The position numbers and the translations under genes were made by a program. A stretch of 64,000 bases of DNA from an uncultured Rickettsiales bacterium (GTDB lineage Bacteria > Pseudomonadota > Alphaproteobacteria > Rs-D84): contig CAMWQN010000002.1 of assembly GCA_947176385.1 (NCBI GenBank), positions 8,245 to 72,244 on the forward strand, read 5' to 3'. The stretch's first letter is position 1; each line of letters starts with the position of its first letter. This document shows, in pieces, positions 18,369 through 27,163 of the stretch. Below the pieces are notes generated by a model. It had not been told where the DNA came from, did not search any database, and was given only the letters and a program-made list of their open reading frames with translations.

Positions 18369-19469
18369 TTATGCGGCTTTCTTCATATCGGACTTTATCG
18401 AACGGATGTATTTGCGCAAATCATCAATTGGAACAAGCGCCCCGTCCTGCTTTTGCGCAGACCAATAATCCCAACCATTAAAACTGACACTGTGTTGCAT
18501 CTTGGCAGCCATAACATGAATTGATGCCTTGCCATGCAAACTATGCGCCAGTTGCCCGTCACGCGTAATCATAACACGTTCGCCACGCGGACTGACCAAT
18601 GTCTGACCAACATACAGCAACCCTGCATCGATAAGTTCACGGAATGCAACGCGAACCTCTGACCGTTTGGGGGTTGTAACCTCTATATCCGACAAATCAA
18701 TTGGCTGCACTGCATCAACACGACGGCGGGCAGCGGCAACATATGATTCTTCGCGTTCAATACCGATAAATTTACGACCCAATTCCTTGGCGGCGGCGGC
18801 GGTTGTGCCACTGCCGACAAATGGGTCCAGGATTATATCACCAGGCTTGGTTGATGCCAGAATCACACGACGCAATAAATCCAATGGCTTTTGGGTGTTA
18901 TGCAAGCTTTTGCCATCGTCGCCCTTGACGCGTTCTTCGCCCAGACAAATATTTATACCCCAGTCAGACCGCATCTGTTTACCACCATTTAATTTCTTCA
19001 TTGTTTCGTAATTAAATGTGTACTTGCCTGTCTTGCGTGGGGTGGCCCAAATCAACGTTTCATGTGCATTGGTAAAACGCGTACCACGGAAATTCGGCAT
19101 CGGATTTGTTTTTACCCATACAATATCATTTAAAATCCAGAATCCCAGATCTTGCAAAATTGAACCAACACGGAAAATATTATGATACGAACCAATAACC
19201 CACATTGCACCATCTGGTTTCAATATGCGTTTGCATTCCGCCATCCATGCACGTGTAAAATCATCGTATTCTGCCATACTGCCGAACGCATCCCATGCGT
19301 CACGCACCGCACGTGCAGCGGTCTGGTCTTCGGGACGATACAAAGTCTTTGCCCCCAGTTGCAGATTATATGGACTGTCCGCAAAAATCGCATCAACAGA
19401 TGCATCGGGAATTTGTCGCATAACCTCTATGCAGTCACCAGATAAAATTTGGTTTAAATACTTTTCCAT
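18369..19469 (-). CDS. ccrM: CcrM-like N6-adenine DNA methyltransferase (beta class)
   Basis: Close resemblance to CcrM: GDCIEVM..P..SVD.IFAD(S)PYNLQL, NIFRVG..LQDLGFWILNDI.W.K.NPMPNF.G.RF.NAHETLIWA, and FVGSGTT. Motif IV reads DSPY rather than DPPY. Confidence 0.85.
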   Translation of the reverse strand: MEKYLNQILSGDCIEVMRQIPDASVDAIFADSPYNLQLGAKTLYRPEDQTAARAVRDAWDAFGSMAEYDDFTRAWMAECKRILKPDGAMWVIGSYHNIFRVGSILQDLGFWILNDIVWVKTNPMPNFRGTRFTNAHETLIWATPRKTGKYTFNYETMKKLNGGKQMRSDWGINICLGEERVKGDDGKSLHNTQKPLDLLRRVILASTKPGDIILDPFVGSGTTAAAAKELGRKFIGIEREESYVAAARRRVDAVQPIDLSDIEVTTPKRSEVRVAFRELIDAGLLYVGQTLVSPRGERVMITRDGQLAHSLHGKASIHVMAAKMQHSVSFNGWDYWSAQKQDGALVPIDDLRKYIRSIKSDMKKAA

Positions 19470-19630
19470 CTCTCTCTTATCTCGATGGATATTTTATCAT
19501 ATTTTCGACCTAAAAAAGCCGCAGCCCCCACCACGAAAATAAAATAAAAGACTTGATTTTTATAAAAATGTAATTTTTCGATTTTAAATTCTGCTTTACA
19601 GTCCGATTTAAGATTGCTACGATACGCCTT

Positions 19631-20131
19631 ATGAGATGTCCATATTGCAATTCAACCGACAGCCGGGTTACGGATTCCCGCCCTGATATCGAAGACGCGA
19701 TAATTCGCCGCCGCCGTGTATGTAATCAGTGTGGCGCAAAGTTCACAACAGTTGAACGCGTACAAATGCGTGATTTAATGGTACGCAAAAACAGCGGAAA
19801 ATTGGAACAATTTGACCGTGAAAAACTGCGTCGCAGTATCAAGCTTGCATGCCGAAACCGCGAGGTTGGCGACGAACAAATTGAAAAATTGGTAACATCA
19901 ATTCACCGCCGCTTGGAAACAGAAACCGCAGATGATACAGTAACCAGCGCAATGGTTGGTCAAATGGTATCTGATTCTTTGTTGAATCTGGACCCGATTG
20001 CATTTATACGTTTTGTATCTGTGTATCGTAAATTCTCGCGCATATCAGATTTCAAAAAGATTATCGAAAAAATACCAGAGGCAGAAGATGAAAAAACAGT
20101 CTGCAAACTGCCCAAGACATCTTTGTTTTAA
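19631..20131 (+). CDS. nrdR: Transcriptional repressor NrdR
   Basis: MRCPYC....RV.DSR......IRRRR.C..C..RFTT.E zinc ribbon followed by an ATP-cone region. Confidence 0.95.
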   Translation: MRCPYCNSTDSRVTDSRPDIEDAIIRRRRVCNQCGAKFTTVERVQMRDLMVRKNSGKLEQFDREKLRRSIKLACRNREVGDEQIEKLVTSIHRRLETETADDTVTSAMVGQMVSDSLLNLDPIAFIRFVSVYRKFSRISDFKKIIEKIPEAEDEKTVCKLPKTSLF

Positions 20132-20134
20132 ACT

Positions 20135-21859
20135 ATGAAAAAAATTCTGGGAATTTTAGTCGCTATGATTCTGCCTGTGTCTGCATGGGCAACTGAATAC
20201 ATTGATGTTTTGACTGATGCTGATGCCAGCCTGTATGAACAGATATTTAAATTGCAATCCAATGAAAAAATCGACAGCGCAATAAAGCTCGAAAAGCAAC
20301 TATCAGACCCACTCTTGATGAACGAGGTTTTATTACAACGCTACATTTCCAAAACATACCATACCAAGAGCAAGGAAGTCGCCGATTGGATGACAAAATA
20401 CTATGACACCCCCGGCGCAGTACGTATGGAAAAACTGGCCAAGATTAAAAAGGTAAAAGTAAAATCAGCAAAACTACCATTATCAATCAGCGGTGGCGCA
20501 TCAATTGAAACTGCACAATCAGAAACATGGACAGCCAAGAAATACCCAGCCGCAACAGAAAAAAAAATCACAGAATTTAAACGCGCAATCCGCAGTGGTT
20601 CAACCAAAACTGCACGCAAGATATTAGAAGATTATTCATTCAAACGCAAATTATCTGAATCAGACTATGGACGTCTGGCAGGACGCTTGTCATATATATA
20701 TTATACGAACGGTGAATTTGAATTGGCAAAAAAATGGGGATTTGTATCATCAGACCAAAATTCTGAATATGGTCTGTGGACAATGGGACTGCTGTATTTC
20801 AAGGAAGAAAAATACAAGGAATCCGAACGTTATTTCAGTAAAATATTGCAGTTAAAACAAATAAATAACGCCCGCAAGACCGAGGCTGCATTCTGGGCAG
20901 GTCGCGCCGCAGACATGGCGGGCGATGATGACGCTGCATATGAATACTGGCGGGTTGCTGCCGCACACCCAATGGCATTTTATGGTGCATTGTCTGCAAC
21001 AATGCTGGGTGATACACCACATTATGAATTCTTTGAACAAGATTGCACAGCCGAAGATATTGATGAACTGCGCAGTTCTAAATATGGAAAAATGGCACTG
21101 GCATTATTACAGGCGGGACAAAAGGAACGCGCAGAACAATACCTGAAACTGCTAATCACATCGCGTGCATCTGACCGCACATTACACGCTGTGAACTCAA
21201 TCGCGACCGCATTTGAATTGCCGCGCGTATCAATCCAGGCATCCAGCGTTGTCCGCGACCGTGGAATCTTGGAAATTGATGACGACATTATATATTCTGC
21301 GCAATATCCCCTGCCCGACTGGGAACCAATGGGCGGTTGGTCAATTGACCGTGCACTGCTGTTGGCAATAACAAAACAGGAAAGCGGATTTAAAACCAAC
21401 GCAAAATCCAGTGCCGGCGCAAATGGATTGATGCAGTTGATGCCGGGTACAGCAAAACTGGTTGCCCGCCGAAACAAAGTATCTATGTCAGACATTGATA
21501 TTTCAAAACCTGAACACAACATGTTCTTGGGTCAGCAATATATCGTTGACCTGTTGGCGCATCCAAATATCCAAAATAATATTATAAAAATGCTGGCTGC
21601 GTATAATGCCGGAATGGGTACAGTTGTAAAATTTGAAAAGTCATTTGATACATATGACCCGTTGTTGTATATCGAAAGTTTCCCTGCATATGAAACACGT
21701 GGATATATTAAACGCGTAATGTCAAATCTGTGGTTGTATCGTGCACGCTTAAACCAGCCACTGACCACCATGAAAGATTTAGCGGACGGTCAATGGCCAA
21801 TGTACAACAGCGAAGACGAATACGTCCAGAAACAAATCGCTGACCGCATGTCGATATAA
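20135..21859 (+). CDS. slt: Soluble lytic murein transglycosylase (Slt family)
   Basis: Signal peptide and a superhelical N-terminal region. The SLT catalytic motif is QESGFKTNAKSSAGANGLMQLMPGTA. Confidence 0.85.
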   Translation: MKKILGILVAMILPVSAWATEYIDVLTDADASLYEQIFKLQSNEKIDSAIKLEKQLSDPLLMNEVLLQRYISKTYHTKSKEVADWMTKYYDTPGAVRMEKLAKIKKVKVKSAKLPLSISGGASIETAQSETWTAKKYPAATEKKITEFKRAIRSGSTKTARKILEDYSFKRKLSESDYGRLAGRLSYIYYTNGEFELAKKWGFVSSDQNSEYGLWTMGLLYFKEEKYKESERYFSKILQLKQINNARKTEAAFWAGRAADMAGDDDAAYEYWRVAAAHPMAFYGALSATMLGDTPHYEFFEQDCTAEDIDELRSSKYGKMALALLQAGQKERAEQYLKLLITSRASDRTLHAVNSIATAFELPRVSIQASSVVRDRGILEIDDDIIYSAQYPLPDWEPMGGWSIDRALLLAITKQESGFKTNAKSSAGANGLMQLMPGTAKLVARRNKVSMSDIDISKPEHNMFLGQQYIVDLLAHPNIQNNIIKMLAAYNAGMGTVVKFEKSFDTYDPLLYIESFPAYETRGYIKRVMSNLWLYRARLNQPLTTMKDLADGQWPMYNSEDEYVQKQIADRMSI

Positions 21860-21884
21860 AAAAAGCGCCCCACACGGGGCGTTT

Positions 21885-22580
21885 TTATTCATAATAGCAA
21901 CGGCTGCCTGCCGGAACAATCTGATATACACCTGTAACATCATAACCTTGACTTTCGGTTAAATAGCAGCCTTGGATTGTTTCATTTGCCCCAGGGTCTG
22001 ATTCCCCTGCTTTTGTGGTGGCACTCATTGGACACTGCGTACATCCCGTCATTCCCATTGCACCAAAACCCTCAATATAATTTTCCTTAATCGCGGAACT
22101 GGAACCATAAAAACCTGCAGCGCAACGATGTTTTGAACGTTTTTCCCACGTACAGGTACTGGTATTACATTCGGTCCACGTATTTGTCTGATATCCATTC
22201 CAAGAATCTTTCCAGGCATCCTCGTCATACTCAATTTCTGAATTTGGGTCACATGTCTTTGCCACACTGCACGGTTGGCATACATATACACCACCATTTC
22301 TATTGCTGCACCCCATTGCCACAAAATCTGGGTCCAACGTCAGGATATAGCCATCTTCGCACATATGACATATCTGAAATTTTCCGGCTTTACCAGTTGA
22401 TTTATTTATATAGCACAACGAATACGGAAACATATACTGTTTACAATGTGCAATATTCTGTGCGGGTTCTGCAATTGATGCACACGTTTCGTTATCAGAT
22501 GGCGCCATTCCGCATTGTGCATATGCTAATTCGGTCGTTAAAAATGTTGACATTGTAACGATTAAGAGTTTTTTATTCAT
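21885..22580 (-). CDS. Small secreted cysteine-rich protein, paralogue of 1004-1699 and 40216-40890
   Basis: Signal peptide present. The shared C-terminal module is RCAAGFYG..GCTQCP..GCYL..D.TG.Y..C.YE. Confidence 0.8.
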   Translation of the reverse strand: MNKKLLIVTMSTFLTTELAYAQCGMAPSDNETCASIAEPAQNIAHCKQYMFPYSLCYINKSTGKAGKFQICHMCEDGYILTLDPDFVAMGCSNRNGGVYVCQPCSVAKTCDPNSEIEYDEDAWKDSWNGYQTNTWTECNTSTCTWEKRSKHRCAAGFYGSSSAIKENYIEGFGAMGMTGCTQCPMSATTKAGESDPGANETIQGCYLTESQGYDVTGVYQIVPAGSRCYYE

Positions 22581-22812
22581 TATTCAATCTCCTGCTGTTG
22601 TAAAAACAAAACCACCATTTTTGGTGGTCAGGAGGTTGATGACAATTACAGGAATTGTGTTGCGTATTGGATATTTCGCAAACCCTCCTGACCCTGGGTC
22701 AGGAGTTTGTTTTTCGTCTGAACATCAAAACAGGCGCAATACGCGCCACAAGAATCCATTCTGACGCCTGTATAGAGGTCATCACACCCCATCAACGGAA
22801 TCCCCGTTGACA
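22581..22812 (-). promoter_or_regulatory. Structured 5' leader L2, homologous to 40891-41131
   Basis: See findings for detail. Elements are P1 TGATGAC/GTCATCA, the X1:X' hairpin, and X2 overlapping the terminator ACCACC-N6-GGTGGT plus U-tract. Confidence 0.65.
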
Positions 22813-22818
22813 TTATTT

Positions 22819-22847
22819 ATTATATAATGCCGGGCATATAAATACAA
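22819..22847 (-). promoter_or_regulatory. Sigma70-like promoter TTGTAT-N17-TATAAT
   Basis: On the minus strand, TTGTAT runs 22847->22842 and TATAAT runs 22824->22819, with a 17-nt spacer. Confidence 0.6.
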
Positions 22848-23095
22848 GAAATAATATGATAATTATATGGCTACTCGACTCGTGATAAAAATCAGCGAAA
22901 TTTGGCATTATTTAACCTGATGCACAGCATAATTTAATATAATATATTAAATATACTTATTAAAAATATTGTTATTTAATAAATACACCCTATCTAAAAA
23001 TATAGACAGGGTGTAAATGGCAAATTTTATGCGAACAATTTTTTTATTAAAGTTTATCAGCGAACTTTCAAATTGTCCAAACATTAAACGAATTT

Positions 23096-25858
23096 TTAGA
23101 ATTTGTAATTTACCCCTATATTTAATTCCATATTTGAATAGTCTGATGCTGTTCCATATTTTGCAGATAAATAACCATCAAAAGCCCTACCCAAAGTGAC
23201 TGATAGCCCGCATTCCAATTGAGCGACATTGAAGTCTTCGACTGATTTTATATCGCCAATATCACTTATGTTCACATTATTCCCTTTGGTTGATGTAATC
23301 AAATATGAAGGTCTGATGAATAAATCTATTGCTCCTAATGATTGTGAAAAAGTAATACCAAAATCTGCCAGAATCTGATTTATATTATCATACTCAACCG
23401 TTCGTCCATAGACATCGGTCAAACTATCCAAGGAGAGATTTATATATGTTATGCCAGCCACAGGAGCAAATTTAAAGCCAGTCCCAACATCAATTAAATA
23501 TTGTGTTTTAAGCATTATGCCTGTTTGCGTCCCGGAAAAATCTGTCATGAATCCATCATCTGTTTTGACCTCAGACTGTAATAATCCACCATAAACCCCA
23601 GCAAAAACATTAAAGTTTTTAGGATTATAACGCATATAGCCACCAAATATTTGGCTGTGACCGTCTATCCAACTTTCTAAATCGGCATGAATTTCTTTGG
23701 CTTTACCAGAGAAAGAATGTTTAGCCTCTCGTATTGAACCCATTACTCCCATAGTCCAATTGTTGCCCAGCGATTTGTTGTATCCGAAATCACCCCCGAA
23801 TACCTTTGAATCCATTTCTGCAATCGTATCATTCTTTATTTGGGCAAAAACAGGTGTTATCCATATATTGCTGTTTTTCGGTACATAAAATGCGCGATTC
23901 ATTGAATTATGCGTTTGATCTAACATTGCGCTTTGCATGGCGGCATATGCCACTATTTCTGGATAAGAACGTACAATGTGCGGTAAATCTGGCTCAATAT
24001 CATTATTATCGTCATTATTATCATTATTGTCATTAAAGTCGCCATCATAATCAGGATTTTTGATATTATTCATTTCCAATGCCCAGGTTTTGGCGCTTCC
24101 ATCATAGAAATTCACATCATACATATATGGGCTGCCGAATACGCGAAATACGCTGAAAGAATTGTCATTTCCCTGACCAGTAGCCGTCGCAAACACAATA
24201 TCCTGTTTGCCACGAATATCCGTATCATCTAATGCATGGACCACAAGCTTTGTTTGCCCCGTAACATCCCCATCTATATTTAGAATATCAGCCGTCATAT
24301 CGGCTGGATTTACATTCAGATGAATATAGGAATTGCTTTGCGTAATCAATGCACCCAGACGAACACTTTCAATATACGTGTTTGCCATATCAAATGTGGC
24401 GTTATTCAATGTCATAATTGGGTATTTATCGTTTGACAGGAATTGTCCTTTGCCATATATGCCATTATCAAATTTCATGACGGCATTATTTATATTTATG
24501 TTACCCGCGTTAATAACAAAATTGTTGATATATAACGCCCCTGTTCCATCACCACTGATATTAATATCATATGGGTTCGCGCCATCTATGTTGTCATTAA
24601 AAGTATACGAACCCATATTTTGCAAATCAAAGTTTAATGCCTTACCATTCGTACCGCCCATATATATGGCATTATAATTAACACCATTTTTATCAATTAT
24701 ATGATTTCCACTGAACTTGTAATTATTATTATCGACACGAAATGATATGTTATTTTCCGAATAAATCGCACCACCACATGCATCGCCATTTGCGGAATTC
24801 GCGTAATTGTTAATGAAATTGCCGGATATTCTGTCTATTTGTCCCAATGTATAAATTGCACCACCCATTGCCTGGGATTCTCCGACCGCATAGTTATTGA
24901 TAAAATCCGCCTGGATATTGCTTAGTACCGTTGATGTGCCGGGCAGGATGCTATAAAACATCGCACCACCGCTGGCATGTGATTTAGAAACAGCATGATT
25001 GTCGATAAAATTTCCTGTAATATCAGATAATTTATATTGTTCATCATTTGCATCTTGAACTATATAAATTGCGCCACCGGTAGCCGCTTGGTCTGCATTA
25101 ACCGAATTGCTGATAAAATCTGCATTTATTTTTCCTGGAACCCCATTAACATATAATGCACCACCACGCGCGTCCCATGTCGCATTGATATAATTTGCAA
25201 TAAAGTTTGCATTTATGCTGGTTTGTATTTCATAAGTCTTATCATTTGTTCCGTTATAAATCGCACCACCATATCCGGATTTTGAGCCTGATATATAATT
25301 CCCTATGAAATTTCCAGAAATATGCTCTATTTCACCTCGGTCACCATTGCTTCCACGGGCACTGTAAATTGCCCCACCCATTGCATAATTACTTGCAGTC
25401 ATAATTCCATTATTAATAAAATCCCCATATAATTCCCGAATAAGGCTGGTATTATGTAACGCACCACCGTCAACCGAGCTATTTATTTCATGGGACGTAA
25501 TTTTGTTTGATATAAAATCCATGTATATTTTGTTTTCCCATGTGGAAACCTGTGTGGTCTTATCTGTGGTATTACGAACATATCCAATCATTTTTCCCAT
25601 TATCGGTGTAATGTTCGCGCCAACCGACGAAACCGAATAGTTCCAGTTTTGGTCAACAATGCCATCATTGGTTTCCATATATGTGGTTATGTTACCAGGT
25701 GATGATGTTTGTTGAAAATTCATTTCATATCCACTGGGGATTGATGATTGTCCGTTCGCATATAAATAGTCCAATGTAGGCGTATAATTTTCAAAATCAA
25801 ATGCCCCAAAAGCACTGTTAACAGATAAAATAAGCGGTAATATAAATATTTTTTGCAT
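23096..25858 (-). CDS. Autotransporter with polymorphic-membrane-protein (Pmp)-type repeats
   Basis: Signal peptide present. Seven alternating FxxN / GGA[ILM] repeats (for example GNFIGNY..YGGAIYNG). C-terminal beta-barrel region ends in ..GVNYKF. Confidence 0.85.
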   Translation of the reverse strand: MQKIFILPLILSVNSAFGAFDFENYTPTLDYLYANGQSSIPSGYEMNFQQTSSPGNITTYMETNDGIVDQNWNYSVSSVGANITPIMGKMIGYVRNTTDKTTQVSTWENKIYMDFISNKITSHEINSSVDGGALHNTSLIRELYGDFINNGIMTASNYAMGGAIYSARGSNGDRGEIEHISGNFIGNYISGSKSGYGGAIYNGTNDKTYEIQTSINANFIANYINATWDARGGALYVNGVPGKINADFISNSVNADQAATGGAIYIVQDANDEQYKLSDITGNFIDNHAVSKSHASGGAMFYSILPGTSTVLSNIQADFINNYAVGESQAMGGAIYTLGQIDRISGNFINNYANSANGDACGGAIYSENNISFRVDNNNYKFSGNHIIDKNGVNYNAIYMGGTNGKALNFDLQNMGSYTFNDNIDGANPYDINISGDGTGALYINNFVINAGNININNAVMKFDNGIYGKGQFLSNDKYPIMTLNNATFDMANTYIESVRLGALITQSNSYIHLNVNPADMTADILNIDGDVTGQTKLVVHALDDTDIRGKQDIVFATATGQGNDNSFSVFRVFGSPYMYDVNFYDGSAKTWALEMNNIKNPDYDGDFNDNNDNNDDNNDIEPDLPHIVRSYPEIVAYAAMQSAMLDQTHNSMNRAFYVPKNSNIWITPVFAQIKNDTIAEMDSKVFGGDFGYNKSLGNNWTMGVMGSIREAKHSFSGKAKEIHADLESWIDGHSQIFGGYMRYNPKNFNVFAGVYGGLLQSEVKTDDGFMTDFSGTQTGIMLKTQYLIDVGTGFKFAPVAGITYINLSLDSLTDVYGRTVEYDNINQILADFGITFSQSLGAIDLFIRPSYLITSTKGNNVNISDIGDIKSVEDFNVAQLECGLSVTLGRAFDGYLSAKYGTASDYSNMELNIGVNYKF

Positions 25859-26118
25859 TGCGATACCCCCATGTATAAAAAAAGACCGTCATTGGATGAC
25901 GGTCGGGGAGTTCACAAATCATTCTGTTATTGATTCCATTGGTCTTTCGGCGAACCGTATTATATAACCAACAGCCCCCCGACCAGTATATTTGGTCAGG
26001 GATAAATAACGATGCAAAAACAACAGAATGTCGGATTAACGACGCTTCTAAGATTTGCACCGAACAGAATAGACCTGTGAAAGTCCCGAACACGTTTCCC
26101 AACGAGTTCACAAAAAAT
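25859..26118 (-). promoter_or_regulatory. Structured 5' leader L3, homologous to 36753-37020
   Basis: P1 is TTCACA/TGTGAA. X1:X' is CCCTGACCA with TGGTCGGGGGG. X2 CTCCCCGACC overlaps the terminator GACCGTCAT-N3-ATGACGGTC plus U-tract. Confidence 0.65.
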
Positions 26119-26162
26119 CCTAGTAAAACAGGTAATGAAAATCAAGCATTTTATCATTCGGA

Positions 26163-26192
26163 CAAAAAACAAATCCGCCAATTGGCGGACTT
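26163..26192 (-). terminator. Additional intrinsic terminator inside the long upstream region of the Pmp-like gene
   Basis: The minus strand reads AAGTCCGCC-aatt-GGCGGATTTGTTTTTTG. Confidence 0.55.
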
Positions 26193-26533
26193 TAAATCAA
26201 TGGTTAGTTAAGTGGTTTGAGATATGGACTATCCATAAAATGCGGTCTTGTCGCACGTGCGCCAGCCAAATAATCCATACAGTCCAATTCATACAGTTTG
26301 ATATTCACTTCTACGAATTTTAAATTTGATATATATAGCATATTTTTTGAATCAAACAAGTACGACCATTGTTTTTTTATTTGGCTGATAGATACGATGC
26401 TTGAATTTTATTCTGTCCAATCCATTTCATTATCCACATGTTCTGGGAATAGTGGGATTGGCGCAGTTTCTGGTTTGTCGTCAATAATATAGCACCATGA
26501 AAAAAGTAATTTAATTATAATCCATAACGTGAT

Positions 26534-27163
26534 ATGCTGGAACACATGAAAACAAATCCCGACTTTTCAATTGAATGTGAATCTGGCGCAATTCCCGTCG
26601 CCGGTTGTGACGAAGCCGGTCGCGGTCCCCTGTGTGGTCCTGTTGTTGCCGCTGCCGTTATATTCCCCAACCGCGAAATTGATATCCCAGTTGTAATTCG
26701 CGATTCCAAACAAATGACCACTGCCCAACGCAATGCCGCATATGATTGGATTACACAAAACACAATCTGGGCAGTTGCTGAATGTAACCCAGCTGAGATT
26801 GATGAATTAAACATCCTGTGGGCATCAATGTTGGCGATGGAACGCGCTGTTGCAAAATTACCGACCCAACCTGCCCTGTGCCTGATTGATGGCAACCGCG
26901 TGCCCCGGAACTTAACAGGTCACCCGGTTATAAAAGGCGATGCAAAATCATTATCCATCGCCGCCGCATCCATTATTGCCAAGGTTACGCGCGACAACCT
27001 GATGCATGAATTATCAGAACAATATCCACAATACGATTGGGACAAAAATGCAGGATACCCAACACAATCACATTTGCGCGCCATTGATAAATATGGTATA
27101 AATGAACATTATCGAAAAAGTTTTGGTCCAATAAAAAAACTGATGGGAAAGGATAACAAATGA
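26534..27163 (+). CDS. rnhB: Ribonuclease HII
   Basis: GCDEAGRGPLCGPVVAAAV motif and DSK..T..QR. The stop overlaps the pgk start. Confidence 0.93.
   Translation: MLEHMKTNPDFSIECESGAIPVAGCDEAGRGPLCGPVVAAAVIFPNREIDIPVVIRDSKQMTTAQRNAAYDWITQNTIWAVAECNPAEIDELNILWASMLAMERAVAKLPTQPALCLIDGNRVPRNLTGHPVIKGDAKSLSIAAASIIAKVTRDNLMHELSEQYPQYDWDKNAGYPTQSHLRAIDKYGINEHYRKSFGPIKKLMGKDNK

Noticed and set aside
20569-20577. A9 tract inside slt as a possible phase-variation site
   Set aside because: The tract is in frame (..TEKKITEF..) within an intact housekeeping ORF, and there is no alternative-frame continuation. It is noted only as a potential sequencing-error hotspot.
22650-22800. Possible leader peptide (53 codons, Cys-containing) inside leader L2
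   Set aside because: The corresponding ORF in the homologous leader L5 is only 15 codons and is not alignable beyond the first residues. Conservation follows RNA helices, not a reading frame.
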